DNA from: Synechococcus sp. | GTDB taxonomy: Bacteria; Cyanobacteriota; Cyanobacteriia; PCC-6307; Cyanobiaceae | Direction: 5' to 3' | DNA length: 64,000 nucleotides | Assembly (NCBI GenBank): GCA_047284725.1 | Contig: JBJBEO010000001.1 | Location: forward strand, 224,001-288,000 | The notes under the pieces: model-generated | Told to the model about the DNA's origin: nothing | Databases searched by the model: none | Seen by the model: only the letters and a program-made list of their open reading frames with translations | Program-made: the position numbers and the translations under genes | Part shown: piece by piece, positions 19,639 to 29,258 of the stretch | How positions within the stretch are numbered: position 1 is the stretch's first letter | Layout of the letters: each line of letters begins with the position of its first letter

Positions 19639-20088
19639 ATGGGACGTTGGCTTGAACACACTGTCACCACAGAGGTGCGGGCACCCGTGGACCGTGTCTG
19701 GGCGGTGTGGAGTGACCTGGAAGCGATGCCGCGATGGATGCGGTGGATCGAATCCGTCAAGACCCTGAATGACCCGGATCTCACCGATTGGACCCTCGCG
19801 GCCCAGGGTTTTCGTTTCAGCTGGAAGGCGCGGATCACCACCCGTGTCGAGGCCCAGCAACTCCACTGGGAATCGGTTGGCGGCCTGCCGACCAAAGGGG
19901 CTGTTCGCTTCTACCCGCAGGCAGACGAGTGCACGGCGGTCAAACTCAGCGTGACGTATGAATTGCCTGGGGTCTTGGCACCATTGATGGAACCCAGCAT
20001 CCTGGGTGGGATTGTGACGAAGGAACTCCAAGCCAACCTTGACCGATTCCGCGATTTGGTTGAAAGCGATTACGCCGTTGCGACCTGA
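19639..20088 (+). CDS. SRPBCC/polyketide-cyclase-like (START fold) protein
   Basis: MGRWLEHTV...VWSDLEAMPRWMRWIESV...ELQANLDRFR, directly downstream of crtQ. Confidence 0.85.
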   Translation: MGRWLEHTVTTEVRAPVDRVWAVWSDLEAMPRWMRWIESVKTLNDPDLTDWTLAAQGFRFSWKARITTRVEAQQLHWESVGGLPTKGAVRFYPQADECTAVKLSVTYELPGVLAPLMEPSILGGIVTKELQANLDRFRDLVESDYAVAT

Positions 20089-20653
20089 GCTGTCGTTCCT
20101 GCGGGTCTTGCTGTTCGCCCCTGTTCTGTTGGTGGGGTGCGCCCCAGCCGACCCTCCCGTCGACCCTCCGACTCCATCGGTGTCCCGTGCCAAACCGGCC
20201 GAAGCACCGCAGGACACTGCTCCGCCAGAGCCTCTGGTGCCTGTGAGGCCTCCCGACGTGTTGAAGCCGTTGCCCACCACCGCTCAGGTGCAGGACTCGG
20301 TCAGCCGTGGTCGGGTTGATCCGTTCGCTCCCGTTCGCGGACCCCAGGCTGGGCCCGGGGCGGGAGGAGGCTCTGGCGCCAGCGGCGGCGGTGCGATCAG
20401 CCTTCAGGGGGTGATGGCCGTCGGCTCGCAGCTGCAGGCCCTTGTGCGCACTTCGGTCGGCTCTGGAGCCATTTGTGTTGGCCCCGAGGGCCGCTGCGGC
20501 GGCACGGCGGGCGAAGCGCTGCTTCCCAAGGAGTGGACCGTGCGCAGTATCGATCTGCAGCGGGGTTGTCTGACCTACACCGTGGAGGGCAAGGGTCAGG
20601 AGCTGGTTTGCATGGAGGATGACGAAGAGGTCGATGAAGAGGTCAAGGTCTGA
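20078..20653 (+). CDS. Putative lipoprotein, PilP-like
   Basis: Lipobox LLVG-C, Pro-rich linker, GRVDPFAP motif, beta domain LQGVMAVGSQLQALV. TTG start overlaps the upstream stop. Confidence 0.6.
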   Translation: MRPELSFLRVLLFAPVLLVGCAPADPPVDPPTPSVSRAKPAEAPQDTAPPEPLVPVRPPDVLKPLPTTAQVQDSVSRGRVDPFAPVRGPQAGPGAGGGSGASGGGAISLQGVMAVGSQLQALVRTSVGSGAICVGPEGRCGGTAGEALLPKEWTVRSIDLQRGCLTYTVEGKGQELVCMEDDEEVDEEVKV

Positions 20654-21426
20654 ACGCAGGCCTGCACCAATCCCTCGATGTCATGAGGGTCGGCCTCCTG
20701 GTCGACCCGGCCTAAGAGCTCCCTGCAACGTTTGCTGGTCTGCGGTCCGATCGACACCACCTTGGCTCGCCTCAGATGGTTGTCCCAGGTGGACCCATAG
20801 CGCTCTTGCAGGAGCTGCACGGTGTGGTTCACCGTTTTGCCGCTGCTGAACGTGACGGCTGCCACGGCGCCCGATTCCAGGGCGGCGGCGGCGGCGGACG
20901 GAATGTCGCTGGGGCAGCGGGACTCATAGGCTGCTACCTCCACCACACGGGCACCGGCTTCTCCGAAGGCTTCTGCCAGAAGGGTGCGCCCACCGCTCTG
21001 CACCCGAGGAATTAACAACCGCAGCCCCCATCCCGACACTGGGAAATGCTCGATCAGGCTGTCGGCCACGAAGTCGGGGGGGATGAAATCAGTCTCTGCC
21101 CCCAGGGCCTCGAGCTGCGCTGCGGTTTTGCGACCCACCGCAGCCAGTTTGAGGCTGGCCGGTCGTCTGGCCAGACTGCGGCCCAGACGCTGCAGACGTT
21201 CCTCCACCGCAGTGACGCCGTTGGCGCTGGAGAAGAGCAGCCAGTGGAAGTCATCCAGTTCCTCCAGGGCATCATCGAGCGGACCCCACTCATCCGGTGG
21301 ACCGATCACCAGGGCAGGGAGATCGATCACCGTGGCACCGAGGGCCTGCAACCGTTGCCGTCCTTCGCCCTGCTGGTCCTGTGCCCGGGTCACCAGAACC
21401 GTTTGACCCTGGAGCGGCAGGGTCAT
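20596..21426 (-). CDS. hemD: Uroporphyrinogen-III synthase
   Basis: VLVTRA, LFSSANGV, AAVGRKTA, TFSSGKTV, SIGPQTS. Confidence 0.92.
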   Translation of the reverse strand: MTLPLQGQTVLVTRAQDQQGEGRQRLQALGATVIDLPALVIGPPDEWGPLDDALEELDDFHWLLFSSANGVTAVEERLQRLGRSLARRPASLKLAAVGRKTAAQLEALGAETDFIPPDFVADSLIEHFPVSGWGLRLLIPRVQSGGRTLLAEAFGEAGARVVEVAAYESRCPSDIPSAAAAALESGAVAAVTFSSGKTVNHTVQLLQERYGSTWDNHLRRAKVVSIGPQTSKRCRELLGRVDQEADPHDIEGLVQACVQTLTSSSTSSSSSMQTSS

Positions 21427-22631
21427 GCCGCCACCTCATCCAGCTTGACGATGCCCTTCAGTTGGTTGAACAGCGAATCGGCTTCATCCTGGCGTCCCTG
21501 CTCTTCCAGCAGCGCGATGGCCACGTGAAAGCCCTTCCTGGCACCGTCCACATCGCCCCCCATCAGCAGGGCAATGGCCAGGTTCTGGTGGCATTCCGGA
21601 TGGTCGGGCTGCCGCTGGAGAGATTCGCCATAGGCCTGGATGGCCGCGGTGATGTTGCCTTTGCGCCGTTGCATCAGCCCCAGGTTGAACCAGCTCAGAG
21701 CCACTTCAGGGGCCGCCTGGGTGGCCTCGGTGGTCAGACGAATCGCTTCGTCGAGGCCATGGTTCTTCAGCAGCAGAGCAGCCAGGTTGAGCCGGGCTCC
21801 AAGGCTGAGCCTTGCAGGGATGGGCAGCGCCAGCGCTTCGCGGTAGGTGGCAATGGCTGCTTCAGTGTCCTGGTCTGCCTGGGCCATGGCCAGGTGCAGC
21901 AGCAGCTCGTAGCGCTCCGCAGGGTGTTCTTGGTCGCCGTCGATGGAGGCAAGGCCCTGCTGCAGCAGGGCCAGCCCGCGCTCTCGCCTGCCGCTGCTGA
22001 CTTCCAGGGCCCCCAGCTTGGCGCAGGCGTAGGGGTCTCCAGGCGTCTCCTTCAGCCAGTGCTCCATCGCTTGGCGCAGCCGTTGGGCTTTGTCTGTGCC
22101 TTCAATCAAGTCGGGCCGATAGCCGTCGTGGAGGAGGGCCGGGACCCCGCAGTCGATCACGCGCCACTGGGGTTCCGCCTGGATCAGCGCTTCGACGCTG
22201 TCGTCAATCATCGAGTGGTAAGGCCGCGACCACTGCAGAGCGGGGTGGCGACGAAACAGGCGGCTTACGTTCGAATAGGGAGCCATGGCAGAGCCCCGCT
22301 CATAACGCAGGAGGTTGATGGCCAGCACCGCTGGGTCGGCCATCAAGTCCTTGAGTGCCGGAATGGCCTCAGGCAGAAGCTGTTCATCGGCATCCAGCAC
22401 GAGCACCCAGTCACCTGTCACCATCTCCAGCGCCGCGTTGCGGGCCGGAGCGAAGTCTCCTGGCCACGGCAATTGCTCCACCCGAGCGCCGGCGGCTTGT
22501 GCCCGCTGCACCGTGTCATCCCTGGAGCCGGTGTCGACCACCACCATCTCGTCGACCAGATCCCTGACGGAGGCGAGGCAAGCTTCGATCCGCTCGGCCT
22601 CATCGCGAACGATCATCGAGAGGCTGAGCAT
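21423..22631 (-). CDS. GT2 glycosyltransferase with C-terminal TPR repeats
   Basis: MLSLSMIVRDE, VDTGSRD, DFAPARN, WVLVLDADE followed by TPR helices. Confidence 0.88.
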   Translation of the reverse strand: MLSLSMIVRDEAERIEACLASVRDLVDEMVVVDTGSRDDTVQRAQAAGARVEQLPWPGDFAPARNAALEMVTGDWVLVLDADEQLLPEAIPALKDLMADPAVLAINLLRYERGSAMAPYSNVSRLFRRHPALQWSRPYHSMIDDSVEALIQAEPQWRVIDCGVPALLHDGYRPDLIEGTDKAQRLRQAMEHWLKETPGDPYACAKLGALEVSSGRRERGLALLQQGLASIDGDQEHPAERYELLLHLAMAQADQDTEAAIATYREALALPIPARLSLGARLNLAALLLKNHGLDEAIRLTTEATQAAPEVALSWFNLGLMQRRKGNITAAIQAYGESLQRQPDHPECHQNLAIALLMGGDVDGARKGFHVAIALLEEQGRQDEADSLFNQLKGIVKLDEVAA

Positions 22632-22693
22632 GGGGGCGAACACGGCTGGGGCTGAGGTTACGGCCCTTCCTGGGCGGTTGCCGTGGTTGGCCT

Positions 22694-24346
22694 TCAGTCG
22701 GTGAACCCTTCGCCGGGCCCCTGGGGTGCTCCGCTTGCTTGATCACCCTCGAAGAGGCGGCGCATCAGAGTTTGCTGGGCATCAGGCATCTGGCCTGGGC
22801 TGTACGCCGCAGGGATCTCTGGCTTCAGACGGCTGCGCAGGCTGTCCCAGGCATAGGGACTGCCGTACACCACCAGACCGGCAAGACGCCCGTGGGTCTG
22901 CAGCTGCTCGATCGCGTCACCCCAGGGCTCCTGCCGGTCGCGCCCCGCCCGGAAGGGGTTGCCGCGCAGGAACAGTTGCAGCAGAACAGGGCCTTCCCCG
23001 AGTCGATCAAGGGCGAGGGGCGCTGATCGATCGCTCTCGTTCCAGATCGAGACGGCCATCGGATGGTGGAGCAAAGGCCGGAATCCCGCCTCTTCCGGCA
23101 GCAGCAGCGCTGGAGCTCCTGCCGGGAGTTGGGGACACGACAGCACACCATCCACGCGAATCAGGTTGAGTCCTGTGCCCTGCGGTTGACGCTGGATTGG
23201 CTGGCCTCGGCTTTCGCAGGTGAGTTCCACCAACGTCTGTGCCAGGGCCCTCTCCTCGGCTTGCTCCACGTCAAGAGAGGGCTCTCTGGATGTCGACTGA
23301 GGCGGGGACACTGCAGAGGCTGCTGGCGGGTCCACCCGTTCAAGAGCCTGATGGCGTCGCTGCAGGCTGGCGTTGAGTCTCTTTTCGCTGATGCGTCCGC
23401 TTTGGACGCCATCGCAGATCGCTGTGATGGCGGCACCGGCATCCTCCGGCATCAGCACCAGATCGGCGCCCGCCTCAAAGGCCAGCAATGCCGCATCCCC
23501 AGCGCTGTAGTGCTCACGGATGGCTTCCATCACCAGGGCATCGGTCACCACCAGGCCTTCAAAGCCAAGCGCATGCCTTAGGAGGCCGGTGAGCACCGGT
23601 TTCGAGAGGGTGGCTGGTCGGTCGGGATCCAGGGCGGGGATCTGCAGGTGGGCGGTCATCACCGTGTCGATGCCCGCGTCAATGCAGGCCCGGAAGGGTT
23701 TCAGTTCCAGGCTCTCAAGTCGTTCCCGGCTGTGGGGAAGCACCGGCAGTAGCAGATGAGAATCCTCGGCGGTATCGCCATGACCCGGGAAATGTTTGGC
23801 ACAACCCAGCACGCCAGCCTGGGAGAGTCCACGTTGAAAGGCCAGGGTGAGCCGGGTCACGGTGATGGGGTCGTCGCCCCAGGCCCGCACGTTGATCACC
23901 GGATTGGCGGGGTTGTTGTTGACATCCACAATCGGCGCGAGCACCCAGTTCATCCCGCACTGTTTGGCCTGTCGGCCCGTGCAGGTGCCGTAGCGTTCTG
24001 CCAGGGCTTCGGCTCGTTCAGGATCTGAGCGGTGCAGGCGGGCCAGGGCCATCGGTGGCACCAGCCATGAGCCCCCCTCGAACCGCTGCCCCACCCCCTC
24101 TTCCACGTCGGCGCAGAGCAGGAGCGGTCCCTGGGCCCAGTGCCGCAGCTGCCGGCAGCGTTGCTGCAGTTCCACAGCGGTACCGCCCAGCAGGATCACC
24201 CCACCGACACCGCTCTCCAGGAGGTGTTTGAGGTTGGCATTGGCGAGTTCCCAATGGGGATACCGCCGCTGGCGGTCACTGGCATGGCCACTGGCACGCA
24301 CCACCACGAGGCTGGCCACCTGCCTGCGCAGCGCGTTGTCATTCAC
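22694..24346 (-). CDS. Glycoside hydrolase family 3 (beta-N-acetylhexosaminidase, NagZ-like)
   Basis: [23 protein letters not shown] catalytic motif, VTDALVM. Confidence 0.88.
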   Translation of the reverse strand: MNDNALRRQVASLVVVRASGHASDRQRRYPHWELANANLKHLLESGVGGVILLGGTAVELQQRCRQLRHWAQGPLLLCADVEEGVGQRFEGGSWLVPPMALARLHRSDPERAEALAERYGTCTGRQAKQCGMNWVLAPIVDVNNNPANPVINVRAWGDDPITVTRLTLAFQRGLSQAGVLGCAKHFPGHGDTAEDSHLLLPVLPHSRERLESLELKPFRACIDAGIDTVMTAHLQIPALDPDRPATLSKPVLTGLLRHALGFEGLVVTDALVMEAIREHYSAGDAALLAFEAGADLVLMPEDAGAAITAICDGVQSGRISEKRLNASLQRRHQALERVDPPAASAVSPPQSTSREPSLDVEQAEERALAQTLVELTCESRGQPIQRQPQGTGLNLIRVDGVLSCPQLPAGAPALLLPEEAGFRPLLHHPMAVSIWNESDRSAPLALDRLGEGPVLLQLFLRGNPFRAGRDRQEPWGDAIEQLQTHGRLAGLVVYGSPYAWDSLRSRLKPEIPAAYSPGQMPDAQQTLMRRLFEGDQASGAPQGPGEGFTD

Positions 24347-24780
24347 AGACTTCCCTGGTCGGCTCCGTTGCTCAGGCCTGCTCGGTCATCATCGTCACTG
24401 TCAGGAGGGATCGCACCCCGTTCCTCGCGTTCCTCTTCGAGCCGGTTGAGAAGATTCAACACGGAGGTGCCTTTCTCAATGCCACGATCCAGCTGAAACA
24501 CCACCTCAGGGGCCCGTCGCATCTGCAGACGCCGACCGAGTTCACCGCGGAGGTAGCCACTGGCGGCGCGTAGCCCTTCCAGCACCTGCTGCCGCTGCTG
24601 CTCTTCCCCGTAGATGCTCACGAAAATCTTGCAGTGCTGCAGATCACCGCTCACCTCAACCTCAGTGATGCTCACCATGCCCTGATGCACCCGTTCGTCG
24701 CGAATGCCATTGAGCAGCAGTTCACTGGTTTCGCGCCTGATCAGGGCCGCAACCCGCTCCACACGCCGTCCCGGTGCCAT
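24343..24780 (-). CDS. rbfA: Ribosome-binding factor A
   Basis: [13 protein letters not shown]...[15 protein letters not shown]...[12 protein letters not shown]. Confidence 0.95.
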   Translation of the reverse strand: MAPGRRVERVAALIRRETSELLLNGIRDERVHQGMVSITEVEVSGDLQHCKIFVSIYGEEQQRQQVLEGLRAASGYLRGELGRRLQMRRAPEVVFQLDRGIEKGTSVLNLLNRLEEEREERGAIPPDSDDDDRAGLSNGADQGSL

Positions 24781-24786
24781 GGGGAA

Positions 24787-24993
24787 TCAAGCCAGAGGTG
24801 ATGGCGTCACCATGGCACGGAGCACCAACCCCATGCTGATGGCGCCACTGATCAGGGCCCCCGTGAGTGCCACGGCAGTCACAGGATTGCTGCGTCTCCT
24901 GGCCAAAGGCTCGGCGACGGAGTTCATCACGCCCAGGCCGAAGGCAATCAGATAACGCGGATAGCGCGTCACGTTGACGAAAAACTCACGCAT
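24787..24993 (-). CDS. DUF751-family small membrane protein
   Basis: MREFFVNVTRYPRYLIAFGLGV, the typical gene upstream of cyanobacterial rbfA. Confidence 0.85.
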   Translation of the reverse strand: MREFFVNVTRYPRYLIAFGLGVMNSVAEPLARRRSNPVTAVALTGALISGAISMGLVLRAMVTPSPLA

Positions 24994-25052
24994 GCTGCTG
25001 ACGCCCTCACGAATCTGATGGCTACTCTGCCGGTCTTAGGGCAGCAACGGCC

Positions 25053-25784
25053 ATGTTGGAGCTTCATCAGTTCCGTCACTCCGCGTTTTGTCTGAAGGTG
25101 CGGATGATCCTTCAGGCCAAATCCCTGAGCTTTCGAACGGTTGAGGTCACCCCAGGAGTGGGGCAGATCGATGTCTTTCGGCTTTCAGGCCAGCGTCAGG
25201 TGCCGGTGGTGGTGGATGGCGATGTGGTGGTGCCCGATTCGAGTGCGATCGCCCTTCATCTCGAACAGCGTTGCCCGGAACCGCCTCTGATTCCCTCAGG
25301 CGCCAAGGAGCGGGCCCAGGCCCATCTCCTCGAAGATTGGGCCGATACCACCCTTGCCTCGGCCGCCCGGCTTGCCCTTGCCCAGGCAGCCGTTGCCGAC
25401 AGCGCCTTGCGGGTCGCCCTGCTTCCCGAGGCTCTTCCATCCCCTGTGCGCCAAACGGTGGGAGCACTGCCCGGAGCCTGGTTGCAGGGTCTTGGCGAGG
25501 TGGTTGACCAGGGGGAACGGGCGGCGATGCTGTCCAGCCTGCTTCAGTTGGCGGATGCCGTGGCGGCGAGCCCTTGGCTCGTGGGCAACCAGCGCTCCAT
25601 CGCTGATCTTGCCGTGGCGGCTCAGCTGTCGCTGCTTCGGTTCCCTGCCTCGTCGGGGGAGGAGTTGGCGGGCCGCGGCGTGGCGGGGATCAGCGACCAC
25701 CCCAAACTCCAGCCCCTGTTCAGCTGGCGTGATCAGCTGGACGCTGAGTTGGTTCAGTCGGATCCAGCGGTTTTGTCAACCTGA
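25053..25784 (+). CDS. Glutathione S-transferase family protein
   Basis: HSAFCLKVR, QRQVPVVVDG, DSSAIALHL, SIADLAVAAQL. Confidence 0.88.
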   Translation: MLELHQFRHSAFCLKVRMILQAKSLSFRTVEVTPGVGQIDVFRLSGQRQVPVVVDGDVVVPDSSAIALHLEQRCPEPPLIPSGAKERAQAHLLEDWADTTLASAARLALAQAAVADSALRVALLPEALPSPVRQTVGALPGAWLQGLGEVVDQGERAAMLSSLLQLADAVAASPWLVGNQRSIADLAVAAQLSLLRFPASSGEELAGRGVAGISDHPKLQPLFSWRDQLDAELVQSDPAVLST

Positions 25785-26463
25785 GCTCGTAGCGATGCAC
25801 ACTCAGGGGTCTGGCCGTCACGCCTTCTCCGGGGGCAGCAAAGCGGGCTTGCCACTGTTCACCACAGATGGTCTCGACCGTGTTGATGGCTGAGGTGTCG
25901 TTGCAGCGCTTGTACCGGCTGAGGGTTTCGATTCGACTGACCCGCGGAGCCCCTGAACCATGGAGGATCTGCAGCACCAGTTCATCACTGATGAAGCTGG
26001 CCTGATGGATGGGACTCTCCCTCCTGCCGATCACCGTGGTTTCCAGTTGTCGATCCTGAGAGAGTCGGGCCAGTTGTCGGTTGAGCTGTCCGGGTGCCTG
26101 TTCAACTGACAGCACTTGCGGACCCAGGAGGGCCTGGCCAATGGCTTTGGCATTGAAGCTGCGGTCGCCCACCACGGCACCACGGCTGGTGTCGGTGGCC
26201 TGAAAGCGGGCTTTGTGGGTGAGGGTGCTGCCGTTGCCCCTGTCGGTGCTCTCCACCTGCCAGACGCCACGAAACCAATCTGGATACACCAGATCCTCCC
26301 TTGGTCCTGGTCGTGGCAGAGGAGCCGGCAACTGCCATTCCGGCCAGGAGTTCAGGCGCTCCTCCAACCATCCATCCGCGCTCCAGGCGGCCGGTGCGGT
26401 CGTCAAGACCATCCATGGGACCCAGAGCAGGCCGATGATCGTTGTCAGCAAGCGGTGCCCCAT
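25720..26463 (-). CDS. Conserved hypothetical exported protein (DUF6816-like)
   Basis: Signal-peptide-like N-terminus, WPEWQLPAPL...DLVYPDWFRGVW motif. Confidence 0.7.
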   Translation of the reverse strand: MGHRLLTTIIGLLWVPWMVLTTAPAAWSADGWLEERLNSWPEWQLPAPLPRPGPREDLVYPDWFRGVWQVESTDRGNGSTLTHKARFQATDTSRGAVVGDRSFNAKAIGQALLGPQVLSVEQAPGQLNRQLARLSQDRQLETTVIGRRESPIHQASFISDELVLQILHGSGAPRVSRIETLSRYKRCNDTSAINTVETICGEQWQARFAAPGEGVTARPLSVHRYELRLTKPLDPTEPTQRPADHAS

Positions 26464-26728
26464 GTCCGACCCCTTGATCCGTGCCTGTGATCACTACGTG
26501 GTGCTGGAGCCGGGTCAACCGGAGCAGCTGCTCAGCGCCGCCGACACCCTCGCATGGTTGGAGCGGCATCTGGGAGCTCTCGACTCACTACCAGAGGACC
26601 TCACCGGTCTTGACTCCCTGCACGCTGTGGCTCGCCGCCTGTTGGAAACGGCCTGCGATCTGGAACTGCAGCCAGGGCTCAACCTGCAGTGGTTCGCGGT
26701 GCGGTTGGAGCCCCCTGATCAGGCCTGA
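26462..26728 (+). CDS. CRR7-like NDH-1 assembly factor
   Basis: [24 protein letters not shown]...[13 protein letters not shown]...QWFAVRLE. Confidence 0.82.
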   Translation: MSDPLIRACDHYVVLEPGQPEQLLSAADTLAWLERHLGALDSLPEDLTGLDSLHAVARRLLETACDLELQPGLNLQWFAVRLEPPDQA

Positions 26729-27284
26729 GGATGGTGGGGATTGCTTCCAGCACCATGGCCGCCACCTGATCGGAGGTTTGATCGCCGACCGTCAGATGCA
26801 GATCAGCCTCGCGATAGAGGGGGATGCGTTCCTGAAGCAGGCTGTCCAGGGCCGCGGCAGGGTCGTCGGTCTGCAGCAGAGGGCGCTGCGCTGCATCGCG
26901 CTGGAGGCGGGCCAGGAGTCGCTCCCTGCCTGGGTCGAGCCAGATCACCAGACCTTGATGCAGCACGCCCCAGTTCTCCGGTCGGGTGACCACGCCGCCA
27001 CCGGTGGCCACGACGAGGGAATGACGTTGACCAATCGCTTGGAGCACCTGTGACTCAAGGCTCCGAAATCCCGCTTCACCGTTTTGTTCAAAGATCTCCG
27101 CAATGGTGCAGCCAGCTGCCTGCTCGATCACGGGGTCGGCATCGACGAAGCCATACCCCAGTTGCTGCGCCAGGGGGCGGCCGCTGCTGCTTTTGCCGCT
27201 GCCCATCATTCCCACCAGATAGAGATTGCGGCCCCCCAAACGGGAGCGCAGCGGGTGGGGCTGAGTCCGGGGTTGGTCTGTCAT
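26679..27284 (-). CDS. aroK: Shikimate kinase
   Basis: [29 protein letters not shown]. Confidence 0.94.
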   Translation of the reverse strand: MTDQPRTQPHPLRSRLGGRNLYLVGMMGSGKSSSGRPLAQQLGYGFVDADPVIEQAAGCTIAEIFEQNGEAGFRSLESQVLQAIGQRHSLVVATGGGVVTRPENWGVLHQGLVIWLDPGRERLLARLQRDAAQRPLLQTDDPAAALDSLLQERIPLYREADLHLTVGDQTSDQVAAMVLEAIPTILRPDQGAPTAPRTTAG

Positions 27285-27372
27285 GGCGCGCGGTTGGCGG
27301 GAAAGGGTCTAGGGCGGGGCTTCTCGGTCGCGCCTCAAGACTCCCTAGGATGCCTTCTGGTCTGAGCACGCC

Positions 27373-28320
27373 ATGACTGAATCCTCAGCGGTGGCGAGTG
27401 CCGCAGATCGAGCCAACGCAGCAGCTCACGGCCAAGGCCGGGGCTGCGTGATTACCCGCCGAGCCTGCTTCAGTGCCAGTCATCGCTACTGGTTACCCGA
27501 ATTGAGCAGTGATGACAACGCCGCTCGCTTCGGTCCCTGTGGGTTGGCTCCTGGCCATGGCCACAACTATGAGTTGATTGTGTCGATGGGTGGCTCCCTC
27601 GATGCCGATGGCATGGTGCTCAATCTTTCCGATGTGAAGCACGCCATTCGCACCGAGGTGACCGGCCAGCTGGATTTCCGTTTCCTCAATGAGGCCTGGC
27701 CGGAATTCGATCTCAGCCAGCCCAGCGGCTGTCTGCCCACCACCGAAGCCCTTGTTCGGGTGATCTGGCAGCGTCTCACGGCACACCTTCCCCTTGTCGC
27801 TCTGCGGCTTTACGAATCACCAGGCCTCTGGGCCGACTATCTCGGACACGGCATGGACGCTTTCCTCACCATTCGCACCCATTTCGCTGCAGCCCATCGC
27901 TTGGCACGGCCGGAACTGAGCCAGGAAGACAACGAAGCGATCTACGGCAAATGTGCCCGGCCCCATGGGCACGGTCACAACTATCTGGTGGATGTGACCG
28001 TGCGAGGTGGCATCGATCCACGCACCGGCATGGTGTGTGATCTGGCCGCCTTGCAACGCCTGGTGGATGACCTTGTGGTGGAGCCGTTCGATCACACCTT
28101 CCTCAACAAAGACATTCCCCACTTCGCCACCTGTGTGCCAACGGCTGAAAACATCGCCTTGCACATTGCCGATCGCCTGAGTGGTCCGATCCGGGCCATC
28201 GGTGCCCACCTGCACAAAGTGCGGCTGCAGGAAAGTCCCAACAACGCCGCAGAGGTGTATGCGGAAGTTCCCCAATTGGAGATGCAGCCAGCGGCGATGG
28301 AAGCAGTGATGGCCTCTTAG
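27373..28320 (+). CDS. Two-domain 6-pyruvoyl/6-carboxy-tetrahydropterin synthase (PTPS/QueD family)
   Basis: Two tandem T-fold domains: FSASHR...CGLAPGHGHNY and FAAAHRL...CARPHGHGHNY. Confidence 0.88.
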   Translation: MTESSAVASAADRANAAAHGQGRGCVITRRACFSASHRYWLPELSSDDNAARFGPCGLAPGHGHNYELIVSMGGSLDADGMVLNLSDVKHAIRTEVTGQLDFRFLNEAWPEFDLSQPSGCLPTTEALVRVIWQRLTAHLPLVALRLYESPGLWADYLGHGMDAFLTIRTHFAAAHRLARPELSQEDNEAIYGKCARPHGHGHNYLVDVTVRGGIDPRTGMVCDLAALQRLVDDLVVEPFDHTFLNKDIPHFATCVPTAENIALHIADRLSGPIRAIGAHLHKVRLQESPNNAAEVYAEVPQLEMQPAAMEAVMAS

Positions 28321-28342
28321 GTCACGGCGTGCTTTCGTTGCC

Positions 28343-29158
28343 ATGGATGTGTCGCGCTACGACCATTCGCGTCCAGACGTTGCTGCGAACGCGCTTGCTC
28401 TGAACCAGGGATCGCTTGAGCCTGCTCCGGCGAAAGCGTCTTTCCGGAACAGGCCCCCCTGCACACTCCGTCTGGTGCTGGCCATCAGTCTGGATGGGCG
28501 ACTGGCCCCCCCTGATGGTGGAGCGGCTCAGCTAGGTGGGAGTGGGGATCGAAGGGTGCTGGAGCAGGCTCTGGCATGGTCTGATGCTGCTCTGATCGGT
28601 GCTGGCACCTTGCGCGTCCATCGCTGCACCTGTCTTGTGCACGACCGTGCGTTTCTCGATCAGCGTCTGGCATCGGGGCGCTCCGCCCAGCCCAAAGCTG
28701 TTGTGGTGAGCGGGCAACCTCAACCCCAGTTTCCCGCTGATTGGCCTTTCTTTCAGCAGCCGCTGGAGCGTTGGTTGTTGCGGCCAGAAGACCCAACCGA
28801 CCCCGACAGGCTCGAGCAGGGCTTCGATCACGTGCAGCCATTGTGTGCTGACTGGTCGAGCACCAAGGCCTCGCTGGCGGACCATGGCTTGGAGCGGATT
28901 GTGCTGCTGGGAGGAGCGCGTCTCACGGCAGCCTTGCTGCAAGCCGATGTCGTGGACGAACTCCAGCTGACTCTGACCCCGCGTGTGTTGGGTGGACCCT
29001 ATGGCTGGGTTCCCTTGACCGGGATCAAACTGCCCAACGGGCTTGCGGCGTCCAATGCATGGGCTCTGCAGGAGGCCGTGCCTCTGGGAGGTGATGAACT
29101 TCTGGTGCGTTATTCCCGTCGGCGCTCGATCAGTGCACACACGTGTGATTCAGTTTGA
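28343..29158 (+). CDS. RibD C-terminal/DHFR-like reductase
   Basis: LAISLDGRLA, LIGAGTLR, LLGGARL, VDELQLTLTPRVLGG. Start uncertain. Confidence 0.82.
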   Translation: MDVSRYDHSRPDVAANALALNQGSLEPAPAKASFRNRPPCTLRLVLAISLDGRLAPPDGGAAQLGGSGDRRVLEQALAWSDAALIGAGTLRVHRCTCLVHDRAFLDQRLASGRSAQPKAVVVSGQPQPQFPADWPFFQQPLERWLLRPEDPTDPDRLEQGFDHVQPLCADWSSTKASLADHGLERIVLLGGARLTAALLQADVVDELQLTLTPRVLGGPYGWVPLTGIKLPNGLAASNAWALQEAVPLGGDELLVRYSRRRSISAHTCDSV

Positions 29159-29258
29159 TGTGCGGGCCGGCCCACCGGAGATGCCGCACAGCGGCGGATG
29201 ACCACTGCGCACTCCACCTGTGGTTAGGGTCCATCGGCATCGCCTCGCTCCCCCGGTC

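Noticed and set aside
21297..22655. 452-aa plus-strand ORF (similar long shadow ORFs at 18197-19348 and 37052-38272)
   Set aside because: Lies opposite well-supported genes in high-GC DNA, with no domain signatures
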